A stretch of 64,000 nucleotides of DNA from Vicugna vicugna (Eukaryota), in NCBI GenBank assembly GCA_013265495.1, contig MU058337.1:1792777-1856776 (forward strand). The letters are read 5' to 3'. Position numbers and translations under genes: made by a program. Every line of letters begins with the position of its first letter. Within the stretch, counting starts at the first letter, position 1. This document shows positions 12,621 to 26,550 of this stretch, piece by piece. The notes under the pieces were generated by a model, which was given only the letters and a program-made list of their open reading frames with translations, was not told the origin of the DNA and searched no databases.

Positions 12621-14340
12621 CAGCTACCTATACTTGGGTAACAAACTACCCTAACACTTAGAGGCTTAAATCAACAAGATGTTGTTACCTCATAGTTTAT
12701 GAGTTGACTGGGTCCAAGCGTTGATGTTTTCATGTAGTTACAGTCAAGTAGCAACTAGATCTGAGTTATCTAAAAGCTCATCTGGGTTGATCATCCAGGA
12801 GGCTCCCACACAGGGTGGCAGGTGGTGCCATCTGGCCCTCGGAGCTATCCTGGGGGTTCAGTCAGGACTGATGGCCAGGGTGCCTCCATGTGTCCTGTCC
12901 ACGTGGTTTGGGCTCTCGCAGCCTGGCGGCTTCTTTCTAAGTGCAAGTGTTCCAAGAGACAGGCTGCTGTTGGCCAGTCTCTCTCGGATCCTAGGCTTGG
13001 AAAGTAGCATCACTTCTGCTCTAATCTGTTGTTCAAAGCAGTCAGGGAGCCCCCCCCAGATTCAAGGGAGGAGACAGGAAGAATATAAAAAAATATGATC
13101 CTCCTTAATTCGCCCCAGTCCACTCTTCTACCACAAATTATTAACATATTTACATATTTCCCACATGCAAAATTAACACTGCCCCTGCCCTCACCACCAC
13201 TTCCTAACCTCCCCTTCCCAGCCAAAGGCTCACTTACACCATGATAGCTTCGAGTTCAAGTTTAAGGGTCAGCGTTTTATCCTCTAAATCAGACCCAGGT
13301 GTGGAGGAAGCTTCCTGGGTATGGGCCCTCTCCATCTGAAGACCTGTAAACCAAAGAGACAGGTTATCCACACACAAGCACTCGATGTATGATGTTGGAC
13401 AGGCGTAGAGAAACCACAAATGACGTTCGCATTCAAAAGTGAGGAAAATGGGAGGCACATGGCCGTCACTGGGCCGCAGCAATTATGAAATCCAGCTGGG
13501 CATGGAGTGCCAATTCTTTGAATTATTCTGCTCCCTGGGAGTGATTCTCCATGGTTCTTGGCTTTGGGCCCTGGTTTCTTGTTTCTTCCTTCAAGTCATC
13601 TTTCTTTTTCCATCAAATACAGACTGTTACATCCTCATGTTTCCCCTGCCTTCTTTCTGCCCATCGTAGTTTGGGGAACGGGTAACCAAAGTCCCCCCAA
13701 CTCCTTCAGTCCAAGCTGATATAATTATTTTAAAAACATTGTAGATCCCTCGTGTATCACATTGTAGTATGTGTCACTAGACACACACTCACGTTTTTCT
13801 AATATAGGCTTTTTATTTGGGTCAAGAGTCAGGGTTCCATGGGACAATACCCGTAAGATCTTAGAGGACTTTTTGCTTAGCTGGCAGGATGTTTGGGGCG
13901 TCTTAGTTCTTGTAGCACGCATGGTCTAAGAGAGAAGATCTAAGAGTAATGGCTTTAGGATTATTCAAAGCCCTACTGGGCACATACATGAAAATCTGAG
14001 GGCCCGTCACAAGGTTGAAGCCACCCTATTAAAGTCTTTACACCGAGGCCATGCTTTGCTGATAGAGCTCTGGATTTAATGTTTGTCCTGAAGCCATTTC
14101 TTTTTCCTTTTTTTCAGTCTTTTGCTATCTGGATCAACTTGGAATAAGAATTAGTTTAATTTTCTATCCCAGTAAGTATTGCCTTTAATTTACTTTTTTT
14201 TTTGAAATTCAGCTTGAAAACTGAACAGTTCTTCTTTATTCTAGTTCAATTATCTATTCTCCTTATGTGTGATCAAAGGGTACAGCAGACCTTTCAAGGG
14301 GAGAAGTGCAACGAATTGTGGTCATCTTGAATCTGCCACA
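12616..14340 (-). mobile_element. MaLR (MLT1-type) provirus remnant: LTR, internal region, partial second LTR
   Basis: LTR end GTAACAAACTACCCTAACACTTAGAGGCTTAAA; internal-like segments (TTTCCCACATGCAAAA, CATCTGAAGACCTGTAAACCAAAGAGACAGGTTATC); second LTR terminus GAATTGTGGTCATCTTGAATCTGCCACA; sits within old T-rich L1-like sequence. Confidence 0.65.
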
Positions 14341-15036
14341 TAAATTAGTAATACTTAACCTCAAATTGTTCATTTCATCCTTTTTTTTTTTAAATGGCTT
14401 TGGGATTTTGTGTTTTGTACAGAAAGCCATCCATACCCTTAGATTCTAAAGAAAGACTCCTGTATCTTTCACTAACACATGGATTCTATTTTTTACTTGT
14501 TACCTCTTTAATCCATTTGAAATGTATTTTTGTGAATGGTTGGCGGTAGAAATCCAACTTTAGTTTTTCCAAGTAAGTACTGAATTATCCAACACCACTT
14601 ACAAGCAGTCAATTTTAAAATGTTTCAATTTTCATATCATAAAATTCTTTGCATACATAAATCTGTTTTTCATTCATCTATTCTCTTCTACTTGTTTCAT
14701 ATTCCTGTACAAGTAAAACATTGTTTTACTTATATTGACTTATATTTTATTTGATTTTAAGTAAATCCCTCTTTCCAGTGGGAATCCAGATAAATTTTAG
14801 TATTAGTTGTCAAAATTTGTAAAGAGAAAATGATAAAATGTTTTAAAAATTGTGATATTATTGTATTTACATTGAATTTTATAAATTAATTTATGGAGAA
14901 AATTGCTTTAAAAATTTGTTTTTTGGTGTTTTTGTAATATTTTATTCAGGAATTTCTTTTTCTCTGAAGTTCAGAGAAATTTTCTTCTTTTTTTAAAAAA
15001 TAATTTTCTTCCCTTATCACTTTTTTTCCTCTTTTG

Positions 15037-15292
15037 ATCTTTTTTTTTTTCTTCAATTTAAGTATGGTTGATTCACAATGTTGTGTTAGTTTTCAACACA
15101 ATGTTGTGTTAGGTATACAGCAAAGTGATTCAGTTGCATGTATATATAGCTATTCCTTTTCAGGTTCTTTTTCGTTACAAGATACTGAGTATAGTTCCCT
15201 GCACAGTACAGGAGGACCTTGTTGTTTATCTCTTTTATACACAGTAGTGTGTATCTGCTGATCCCAGACTTCTATTTCACCCCCTGCCTTCC
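15037..15292 (-). mobile_element. L1 3' end fragment
   Basis: Poly-T then TTAAGTATGGTTGATTCACAATGTTGTGTTAG...ATAGTTCCCTGCACAGTACAGGAGGACCTTGTTG. Confidence 0.85.
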
Positions 15293-15916
15293 CCATCTCT
15301 TCTTTTAGAAGACTTCTTTGATATATGGTTAAAGTATTGGATCTATCATTTTTGTTTTTTAACTTTTTCTCAAAAAATGATTTCACATTTCCTGTACATT
15401 TTTGGAAGAATCACTTTGTTTCATATACTTCTGTTTATTTGATTCAACTGTTTTTCTCTGCTTCTCAGATCATTTAAAATTTTTTTAAAATAGTATTTTT
15501 AAATTCTTGGGACATTGACTTTTTTCTTGTCATACCCCGTTTAAAGTAATTACAGGTGATTTATCTTCCCAAATCTGAGATTAATAATTGCACTTATTTG
15601 AGGTTTTTTTCTTTCATTAATACTGCTTAAGGAATTATTTGCAACATATGCGATAGGAAAATAGGGCTTTGACTCATTAATCTCACCTGTAGGATTTATT
15701 TTAAGTAAATAACCTGAAAAGTTCCAAAAGATATATGCACAAGGATATGTAATATCAACCTGCTGATTAAAAGAAAGAAAGAAAAATAAAGAACTAAAAG
15801 TCCAACAATAGACATTTAGTTAAATATTTTTTAGTCTACCAATTAAAAAAATGGAAAAAAAACTCCAACATATATTAACCCAGAAAGATGTGTATAATTT
15901 TGTAACAGAATCCTGG

Positions 15917-16136
15917 TGATAATCCCATATATATATATACTCATATATATATATATGAATAAAAATGTGGATTTCTATAAACACATTGAGAGTATATATG
16001 ATAATCCCATATATCATATATATATCATATATACTCATATATATATATGAGTATATATGATAATCCCATATATATATATATATACTCATATATATATATA
16101 TATGAATAAAAATGTGGATTTCTATAAACACATTGA
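15917..16136. repeat. AT-rich complex duplication with perfect 40-bp palindrome
   Basis: TGATAATCCCATAT starts at 15917, 15999 and 16058; the unit ending GAATAAAAATGTGGATTTCTATAAACACATTGA occurs twice; 16023-16062 is self-complementary base for base. Confidence 0.9.
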
Positions 16137-17561
16137 TTATGGTGGTTATTTCTGAGAGTTGAGATTAAGAAGAAACTTACTTCCTATATTAACCACTTCT
16201 ATTTTACACTATTTGATATATTTGTCAATCAACATTTTATTTTATAATCAGCAAAGTAATCAACTTATTTCCATTGAAAATTCAATACAATATGCTTGCT
16301 GTAAAAATATTCAGAAAATACATGAAGGTATAAAAAAGGAAGGGAAGGGAAAAATGACCCATAATTCTACACACTTAACAGCTTAGCATCTGCCTCATTT
16401 ATTTTCTGATGCATGTGTGCATTAGTGCACACACACATACTCTTGTACACACACGTACACACTACTGCACACACACACACACGTATTTACTCGAAGGACA
16501 CATTCCAAACTTTACTGTGTTACTTTTTCCTTTTTAATCTGGGTTTTGCTTTGCAGTGTTTGTAGTACATCCTTCCATGTCCATAAAGGCATGTTTATAT
16601 CTCGATTAACATAAACACATCATCATCGTGATATTTTATTATCACAACAATTTCCACTCCTTTGAGGGCTTCTCACCTCCTTGTGTGATGTCCTGTTTGC
16701 CCCTGTGGGTCTCCCCATGTCAGTGTGAGCCAATGTGCCTCATTCATCCCTGCTTCCTCCCTGCATCCCGAGCAAGCCCAGCACATGATGGATTTTCCGC
16801 GTTGCCTGTTGAATGAAAGAGTGAATGAGCAAATGAATGAGTGACTCCATCAATCAGAGCCCGCTTTCCCGAGTGCGCGGGGGACCCGGTCATCACGTGC
16901 CTTTGGGAAGATCATACATTTCTCTGCGGTTAGTTGTCCATCTGCAAGCTGAGAGTAATAAATGCCACATCACAGGAAGTTAAACGGGATGAAAGAGATA
17001 ATATTTATAAAATACTTAACTTCTTTAGAAGGAAAATCCCCGCCAAGCCCAATGTGTACACAATTATCATTGGTTCTCCCGACCCCATCAATCACCCAGA
17101 GGATCCGCTGGCTTGTGCTCGTTCTCAGCAGCTGCGTTTCTAACAGTTTTTTCCATTAACGTATTCCGGGAAGTGGAGACGGATACTCTGCTGTGTGAAC
17201 ATCACACCTTCCTTAAAATCGCAGCGTGTTCTACACTAATTAAAAAGGTGATATCTTTTAATCCTCCTAACATCTCGCTGAGATCGGGGAGGGAAGCTGT
17301 TATTACCCTAACTTTGCAGCGAGGGAAACTGACAGGGAGACACACTCACGCAGCACTTGATGGAAGATGATAACGGGGCAGAACGCGACTTGGAATCTTT
17401 GGGTTTCTATCTGTAAGCTGATGAATTCACAGTAAAATCACATCTTAGAATGCAAGATACTTTTTTGAGTCTGTGGTGGGAGGAAAAAACCCCTCCTTTT
17501 TGCCCCCAAACAATATTATGTCCTGGAAGTAAAATATTGACTATGAAGCTGTTCAGACAAT

Positions 17562-17695
17562 GTATTTTTTTAATTACTAATTTTATTAAATCACCATTCC
17601 TTCCCTCTCTTTTCTGGAGGTACTGGGGATTGAACCCAGGACCTCGTGCATGCTAAGCACGCACTGTACCACGGAGCTATACCGTCCCATCCCCC
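17562..17695 (-). mobile_element. tRNA-Ala-derived SINE (Vic-1 type)
   Basis: Reverse-strand tRNA-Ala head (GGAGGTACTGGGGATTGAACCCAGGACCTCGTGCATGCTAAGCA...GAGCTATACC); TSD TCAGACAAT at 17553-17561 and 17696-17704. Confidence 0.9.
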
Positions 17696-20600
17696 TCAGA
17701 CAATAATTTGCATCAAGGAAATTGCCAGGTTATAAAGCCTTTTATAAAAAGCAAGTGGAGGAAAGGTGAAAGGGGCTGGCGATCCTTTACACGTGGGGCT
17801 CTCAGCTTGGCATGAAGTCTCAAAACGTGTATGGTGCTGTGACTCACATGTAAGGCTGAGGTTGTGACTGTTTGAGATGCTAAAATTAAAGCTGTCTTCT
17901 GTGGCATTAGCTAATCATTTTGCCTTATTTTTCTCAGTGACTCAATTGCGTTACCTGTGTAACAAACAGGCTAATAAAATAGGCTGATTTCTCTGTTAGT
18001 TACAACATTTATTGAGACCTGATGATGTACCAACCCCTTGTGGATGTTGGAGAGACTGAGGTGAACAAGAAAAGAAGAGCCTCCTCCTCGGGAAACTCAC
18101 ACTGCAGTGGGAGCTACAATGAGCAAACAGCAAGCAGGGTAATTAAAAGTTGTCTGCAATTCTCATCTTGATAAGAACCACGATGTCAACAAAGCAGCGG
18201 AGAGTTTGGAGAGTGATGGAGGAGGGGAGTCAGGAGGTGGCTCTGGAAGAGGGGCCCTTGCAGCAGAGGTCTGAATCTCAAAGACCAGAGCCACCAGCAA
18301 AGCACTGGGAAGCCCTTTTCCAAGCAGACAGAACAGTTTCCTCGGCCGAAGGGCTTTTCTGTTTCTCCTGTATCTTTCAAGACGAGCCCACAGGGAACTG
18401 TCCACCGTGTCCTCCTTAATGCTCTTCTGGCACATCTGCTTCTTCCTTTCTTCCAGGTCCTCTTCAGTGACTTAATGTGGCCACAGGCTGTGGACGCTCC
18501 CCGCCCGGAGGCCCCCCAGTTCCTGGTGTGCACGACACCTAGCAGAGGGCCAGACACCCAAGCTTCTCCACAAAGTTCCCCTAAAATCCACAGAACACAG
18601 ACTTCTGTTTTGGCCCATGCGTCGTCCGTCCCTGCTGATTCTGAAACCGTGACGTGCCCCATAAAAGATTTAATCAGCCGGCGGCCGTCTCGCTGTTGGA
18701 ATGAGCCTCCTAATGCTTCCTAAGTTCTTCTTATCTTGTTTTATTTGCCCAGTTTCTGTTTGGCACCAAGCTGAGGACGGGACGCAGGCAACACCTTACC
18801 AAAACAATGAATTCTTCCTGGAACGTCAGCTTTCTGGAACGTGCTCTTGGCACCGTGTAGGGGACATTTCAGCCCCCGAGGGGAGACGAACTAGGTTTTA
18901 TGCACTCAGGGCACATCCCTCCCTTTCTGGGTCTCAGACACCTCAAAGAACACAGGGACTGGACCACAGTTGTGTCTTCTGGGGCCAAACAGCAGCTGCT
19001 GAATCGCAGAGGCAGCCAGGTTTCTGAGAAGGCTGTTTCTAATTTCTGCATCTCTCTTCACCGTTCTGGCTTTGTTTGGAGAGTGAAGAAAGTCTCTAAA
19101 TAGTTTGAAGCCCAGGGTCCTTCGTGGCATTGCCGGGTCTTCTCTCCTTTCACTGAAACATCAAACAACCCGTGACTGTTTGCCTGTGGGGCATTTTCTC
19201 TTCCGTCCACACGCAGGAGGACGGGGAATCGCTCAACAAACGGGTCCTCTCCCAGCTTCTGTCACCGTCCTTCCGCAGTGGAGGCCTTCTGATCGCCGCA
19301 AGAGACCCTCGTTTGGAAAACGCAGTCACCCCAGATGGGATAGCTCAGAGACGCAGCCTGGGAGAGAAGGGGCTGGTCTCACGTTCAAGTTCGACCAGGT
19401 GCAATTAGGGCTCACCACTTGCCTCCCACGTCCCTCATCAAGAATTCCCGGTAAAGGATAGTTAAGTCATGGCTTTGGGGCACTACGAATGGGCCAACTC
19501 AATTCGTCAAAACCGCACTTCAACAACGCTTTGATCCCACCTGCAGCCCACACCTGCCGTGCTCTGGCCCGGCGGCCTGCTGGAGGGCACAGGCCCCGCT
19601 CCCGCATCGCCCCACCTTGTGCCCAGGGCACACATCCACCTGTTGCCCCAGCCTGTGTCCCCTGGCTTTGATCTCCAGGCACTGTGGCAGCCATCGGCTG
19701 TGACAGAGTTTTGGTTAGGCCTCACTGCCTTGGAATGCAAGTCTCAAGGATTCTGCCCCTGGAAATTTGATAACGAGGTAGTACACATTCCAGGAGGGTG
19801 GGCTGGCGTGTCGGGACGTTCCAAAGATGCTGTTCCATAACTTCATTCTTCCGGGGACCGGCCAGCAGTGATGAGCAGCCCATAAGTCTAGGGACTGAAG
19901 CATCTTCGAGAGGACAGAGTGAGCTCATTCCCACGCCCAGATTCATTACTGCCTGGATACGGCTGCACTTTGCAAAGACAGTCACTGTGCAGTATCTCCC
20001 TCAGGGTTCTGGGTCAGTAGGCTCACCTCTGTCTCTGCAAGCAGGTGGGAAATCCATATAAAAATTGGGGTTGTAGGTGTTATAAGGGGCTAGGAATATT
20101 TTTATAAGAAGGAAAACACAGTTGACCCTTATTTAAATTGCATCTCTGGCTGCATATAAGGCCAAAGCTTTTTAAAAAAATTTTAAATGGGCCACCTAAA
20201 ATGTTGAGTCGTTTGCCAAAAGCCACATCTGACTCAAATAAGCAAATCTGTTGTATGTAGCCTGTGCATGTAAAACAAAATCCAAATGCCAGTGCACACA
20301 CTTTCATGTTGTTCAGCTACAGCAGTCCGTATCTTATTTGTGTGTACTTTTGATGTCTATTATGTTATGTCGTCTGAAGCGATTACACTGCTTTTATTTA
20401 ATAAAATGTTTAAAAGTTGTTTTAAGTCTCTGAATGGAAAGACCCAAAAAAAAAAAAAAAGGCTGAATTCTCATTTGCCGCATCTCAGCTTTTATGTTGG
20501 AGGCAGCCGATGTCGAAGCCCTTGGTCTAAACAATTTACAGTTTTCTGGATTAGGATCGTGTGGGAGAAAGATGAAAATCTTCAAGGCAACATTACGTAA

Positions 20601-21157
20601 ACGGTCCTGCCACTCACGAATAAATTAGATATTTGCAGACTCTAACTGCTGGTTACCCTGGGGATTTTCTGAAGTGGGGAAAAGGTGAGAGTCCCTGGGA
20701 GAGTTACTGGAAGCAGAAAGAGTAAATCTACTCCCCGAACTGAGTTGCCCGCAAAGGCAAATACGCCCTCGCACTGAAGCGAGGAGGGAGCTCAAAGCTT
20801 TCAAGCTGTTTGAGGCGAAAACAAACCCATTGGCTGTCCGTGTGCTGATAGGGCAGTAGGAAGGGCTCGGGCCGCTGACAGAGCAGTTCTCCGTGAACTT
20901 GACTATTATTTCAGGTTTCTATCTTTTCCTCTTCGATAGGAAGGTATTAAAAGTAAGTCGCTGGCAAAAAGGACAGAAAAACACAGAATCTCTGAAATTG
21001 CAACCAGGGCAAATTTTTGGCCAACAACCTGGATGTCTGACGCTTGTCATCCATGAGCAGTTTGCAGAATTTCCTCTCTTAAAGGGTTAGAAAATGCTGG
21101 AATGTTGTGGAAGATTTCAGGACTATCTTAGGAGCCTAGAAATTTACAAACTCTTAA

Positions 21158-21523
21158 AATACCATATGATATCACTCATATGTGGAATCTTAAAAAAAAA
21201 AGACACAAATGAACTAATTTACAAAATAGAAACAGACTCACATAGAAAATAAACTTACAGTTACCGAGGGGAAGGTGATAGGAAGGGATAAATTGGGAGT
21301 CTCAGATTTGCAGGTACTAACTACTAGATATGAAATAGATATACAAGTTTTTTTCTGTATAGCACAGGGAACTAAATTCACTATCTTGTAGTAACCTAGA
21401 ATGAAAAATAATATGAAAATGAATATATGAAATAAATGAAAAATACATGAATAAATGAAATTGATACAAAATTGTAAACTGATGATGCTTCAATTTAAAA
21501 AAAGGAAAAAAAAAGAAATTTAA
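21158..21523 (+). mobile_element. 5'-truncated L1 with TSD
   Basis: AATACCATATGATATCACTCATATGTGGAATCT...AGCACAGGGAACT...poly-A; TSD AAATTTACAAACTCTTAA (21140-21157) vs AAATTTGCGAACTCTTAA (21524-21541). Confidence 0.9.
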
Positions 21524-24500
21524 AAATTTGCGAACTCTTAAGAGTTTGTCTTTGCTGGAAGAAATTCCGTGAGAACTTTGAACGCGAGGATTACTGACAT
21601 ATACCAAAAGCTTTCCTTTGCTTTCCATGTGCAGAAGCCACTTAACAATTTTTAGAACGATTATCGTTCACATATTTATTTCTGGTAGAATTTACAGGTT
21701 ATAATCCCCCTGTGCTTCAGCTCAAAATATAAATGATTTGATTTCCCCACCGTCACACCACGTCTGTCTGGCATGTGTTTGTTTCCACATTAAGATAATT
21801 TAACAGCTAAGAACATAAAGTTAGCTCTCCCTAATTTGGGATATGGAAGACCAAAAAGAGACACAATGGCCTTTTTTTCCCACCAAAACATTTCACAGGT
21901 CAGAGCTTTATTTAGAGGGTGGGCGAGCGGTTGCACAAAACGCTCGTGGAATTCAAACACTTTAATTTTGGAAGGGTTGCAACCCAGGTAGTCGTTCTTA
22001 ATGTTTCTTTGCTATTTATTAAAATATTAAAAATATTCCGCCGTTACTGTCACCATTTTGTCACAGGCCCCGCCCTCCAGTCTTACTGCTCTGTTTTTCC
22101 CCTACCACCATCCATGCTTTTGCTACAAACCAGATCTGATTATGTTGCACTTTCTGAAGGAGAAAATCTTCAGTGACTCTCCGGTAGCCTTCAGGGATGT
22201 CTGAAATACTGGGCTCCGCAAACCCCGCCGGGGGCCTCCCACCCGTCTCTCCTGGGGGCTCTGCACTGCTCTGTCCATTCTCCCATCACATCTAAGGGAC
22301 ACCTACTCCCACTTTGTATCTAAGACAGCTTCCTTCTTCTGGAACAATCTTCCCCAACCCTTTGTTCACTCCTAACCATTCTCAGGACCCAGCCCAGGAA
22401 CCCTCATCACCCTGGCCCCCATCTCCCTCCTCGGAACGCCTTCCCTGCCCCTCCCTGCCTGGCCTGGTGCCCCCGCGCTGGCCTGACTCACCCGCACGTG
22501 GAGCAGAGCTGTGATTGCTGGGTTTTAAGCCAAGTCCTGCCCTCAGTCAGGAACCCCTGCTGGCACGCAGTAGGGATTTTATTCTTCAGGTCCAGCATTT
22601 CCCATGGCCTAGCACATAGCTGGAAATTTTTACCAAAAACATGATATTTATATAGAAATTCGGGTCTAGAGATACGTTCTTCACTTTTTTAGGGATTGGG
22701 GAATTCAGTAGTTAAATATGTATGATTTTATCACAGAGTAATTTTTATTTTCTCTTTTATGGCAAAAAGCAGGGATGTTTCAGAGAAGCTAAGCCAGTTT
22801 TGAACTTGCCTGCATGTCTCTTAGGCTCCTGCTATGACTGGTCGCTTGTCTTTGCAGAGAAAACACGAGGGAAATTTTTGACTTGAGCGGCCTACCTGGG
22901 CGGGAATAGAATGTCCTCGAAGACTCCCAGGCGTGGGTTGACCCAAGCGGGCACGTGGCATTGGAATAGAAGGTAGGAGTCCACACTCAGAGGCTGATTA
23001 GCCTCCAGGGTGCTGGGCCCTGAAGGTTTGGGGTCCAAACCTGCTCCCGTCCTTTCCCAACCCCAGCAGGTGACCTAACGACCCCCATGTTTGCCCGATG
23101 GGACAAACGATTCTCCCTGGACAGGGTTGGTGTGAGATCCCTGTGGGTTAGTCCCCGGGAAGCACTTTGGTCCCTGATGCGTGGTAATCGCTCACCCACG
23201 AGAGCTGTCACCATCCTCCCTGTCGTCACTTTTCCAGACAGCCAGCCACTCATCTTTACCCCCTTTTGGCATGACTCTGGCCTGTGAGAGTACAGACAGG
23301 CTCCCCTTGATCCCTGAGTGTCACCCCGAGTTCTAGCAGCACCCCGGGGCAGCCTGCTGTCGCTCTGACAGCCCACCTGCTGGTCAACCTTCAGTGTCAC
23401 TCTCCAATGTGATTTGGGGCGTGCCCGCCCTCGGAATGGTGCTGACCCGAGGGGGGAGGGGGGAGCCTGAGACTAGGCGAGGTGTCTCTTCTTGCTTCCT
23501 GTTTAAACCCCAAGTCCTGCTCTGCTCAGGAGCAAATCTGGAGCTCATCGGCTTTAAGGAAAAGAAAACCAGGTTTGTGTCGCTGAGGTTTTTACCCACA
23601 GACACCTAACCAGCCCCAGAACGTCTCTTAACGACCTGCAGACTGAGGTGCACAGGCGTTTCCTCCATCACTTCCTCAGGGTGTATCCGTGGACCAAGGC
23701 GTTCTCACGGAGGGGGTTCCCACAGAGGATTCCAGATGAGACCCCTCTCAATGAACCGCGTTTTTTCACAGAAAGCGAACCCTCTAACACACTCCCCATG
23801 GGGGCATCTCCGCACGTTGTAAAATTATTAGTTGCTGCAGCCCTGCAGGGGCAAAGAATAAACTAGGACCAAGATTTATTTGAAGAGGTCTGTGTGTAAC
23901 AAATTTCCATAGTAACAAAAGTTTAGCAAAACTGGTGTCATGGTTTTGATCCTGAAAGACAACTTTGGCTTAAAATTTAGAAAAGAAAAATACGTAATTC
24001 CAGTAAAACCATGCTCTGGAATTTTTTTTTTTTCAAGAGATTGAAAAAGAAATGGCCTACTGCTGAAAGACCCTTCCCAAAGGTGGTTCTTACTTGTCTC
24101 ATGAAACCGTGAACTCTGCTGTATGACAATCTAACCACACAGACTGCTTAGTAAAAAAAAATTTTTTTTGTATTTTCCCTTAAAGCCAAGAAGGAAGACA
24201 GCGAACTGATTGATCTTAACTTTGCTCAAAAAAGTTTCTTTTGGAAATTATGAGGATGCCACAAACTCTCAAAATCCATGCTATCTTAACCCTAGGCTGG
24301 CGCTGGGATGTTGGCGGAGTGCTGAAAGCAGGAGGGTATGAAGGGATGAGGACTGTGATAAATGGGCCGTTCTAACTGTAGCTTGTCCACTGACACGTGG
24401 GAGCCAATGTGGATGCCAACCATGTTGGGTTCTATCGCCGAGAAGATCCAGAGACGTGTGAGCAAATGGGCAGCGGGAGCTTGGTCAGGCATGGGAGAGT

Positions 24501-24739
24501 GCTGGGTTCCAAAGGCTGCTGGGTTTGGAGCCAGACCCCAGCCAGCTGTAGGTGGTCTGGGGAGACAGGGACCCCACCCAAGGGATGCTGGGCAAGGCAG
24601 CATTTGCTGTGGAGTGACTGGAGACTTGTAATCCTCAGCAAACCAGTCCGGGCTGGGCAAAGTGCTTAGTGGCAGAGAAGAGGCTAAGATTTGAAAAGAA
24701 GCCTTAAGTTCACTGAACTCACCTTTCCAAGTATCAGGT

Positions 24740-25800
24740 TATTCCTACTGAGTGACTTCTGTATGCCAGGCACTGTGGTTGGCACGGAGAGCATGGCCGT
24801 GACCACTGTAGATGCCGAGGTCATAGTCTCAGCGGGGGAGAAGGACTGGACACGTTCCCGTTAGTGTGTGATTGCGTGTTCTGACACGTGCTCCGAAGGA
24901 GAAGTATGGAGGGTCTAAGAGGGTCTAACAGGACATGCTGGACCGGGAAACTTTCTTAGGAGGTAACGACCTTTGAGCTGAAGGACACCAAGCAGAAAGG
25001 TGGAGTGGAGGTGGGATGAGGGTCCAAATCGAGTCGGGGTGTGTGGGCTACCTTAGGTTTTTATGCTAAGGTTGGTGGAAGCCGTGAAGGTGTTCTAAGG
25101 AGGGGACAGATGCGGGCCGGGGGAAGGCGGCAGCCTGGGGGGTGGGCTGCAGACACCACAAGTGCAGTTTTCTAAAAAGAGATGATGACCCTTGGGCGGG
25201 AGTAGACAGCAGAGATGGTGAAACACGGACAGAAGTGGAGAACTCTTAAGGGGCATAAAAGTTGTAGTGGGGAGCAGTGCCATGAACTGGGGCATGCTGG
25301 AGAGGAAACAGGTCTGGGGGAGGGATCTGGGACCCAGGGACTTTGAAGTGTCTTTGAGACATGCAGTGGTTCTAGAAAGACTCTGAGGTACGATTAGACT
25401 GGAGACAAAACCCTGGGACTCTGTGTCTAGATGGAAAGAGAGAGAAATGACGGATGGAGATGCTGTTGTCTCGGGAGACAGTACGCAGTGAGGAGAGTGG
25501 AGGACCAGTACCAAGTATGGGACTTCAGGAGCCAAAGCCTGTGTTGGAAACGATAAACTGGCCAAGGAACCTGACAAAGAATTGTCCTGGTGAGCCAAAA
25601 GAGGGGGTATTTCTGAATCCAAAGGGAAAAGTGTTTCACAGACAATGGGGAGGTTGACAAAAGTGTGCCCTGAAAAGGGCCAGTTCAATCTGGTGACATG
25701 GAGGTTACTGATCACCTCAGGGCAAACCACACGGCATGGCTAGGGCTCAGGGGAACAGTCCAAATATGGTTGAGGTTTTTAATCAACTGAGTGAACAGTT
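24740..25800 (+). mobile_element. L2 fossil
   Basis: Starts with L2-type ACTGAGTGACTTCTGTATGCCAGGCACTGT; purine-rich body with AAAAGTGTTTCA...GGTGACATGGAGGTTACTGATCACCT. Confidence 0.6.
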
Positions 25801-26329
25801 CAAAGGCCAGACTATGCGACCCCTGCGTGGAGCTGGAGACGGTAGAGTGAGGCACAAACGCTGAGTCAGAAGGAAATGGTGATTTTGCTGATGGAGCCTC
25901 AAACAAAATGGCGCGCCCCAAACCGGCATTTTCTTAAGTTTAATGGTGCTTATGTTGTGGCTTTTAACGAATCTCTTGTTTCTGATGCTTTAATTATGAA
26001 TCTAATAGTAAAACGTTGATTATTTTCTTGGGAACAAGGGGATACACAGGCAGTTGCTGCAAGCAGATCGTCTGAGTCACAAGCGGGTGATGATTTACAG
26101 CTGAAGTACGATGTTATCTTACGGACGATCGCGGGTGGGGCAGTGTGTGAGAATGGCGCACCGGCAGTGAGTTGTAAGTCACTGCAGTTGTGAACAGGTG
26201 ATGAAAATTTAAGCGGCCTAAATATGATGTAGGTAGACTAATGGCTTATCTTATTTAAAAAGCTATGAAGCCTGCCCGTTCACACCAGACCACATTATTA
26301 ACCACTACAGAGCTAATGGAGAGTCGCAG

Positions 26330-26550
26330 ACCTGGGAGCAAACTTCAACTTCTGGCTGCTTGAACTTGTTACCCATCTGACCTTGCAAAAACGACCTTCA
26401 TTTGCTGGGCCTCAGCTTCCTCATCTGTAAAATGGGGATGACAATGAAAGCTATGTTTCAGGATTGTCACTTGTATGAAATGGGATCAACTATGTATGTC
26501 ACTTAGAATGCCTGGCAGACAGGAGGTCCATCATAAATTCAGTTCTTGTC
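26330..26550 (+). mobile_element. MIR SINE
   Basis: MIR core CTGGGCCTCAGCTTCCTCATCTGTAAAATGGGGATGACAAT. Confidence 0.85.

Noticed and set aside
25095..25730. 211-aa minus-strand ORF (and the 190-aa ORF at 35919-36491)
   Set aside because: Both fall within L2 fossils on the pyrimidine-rich strand; Ser/Pro/Leu bias and no domain.
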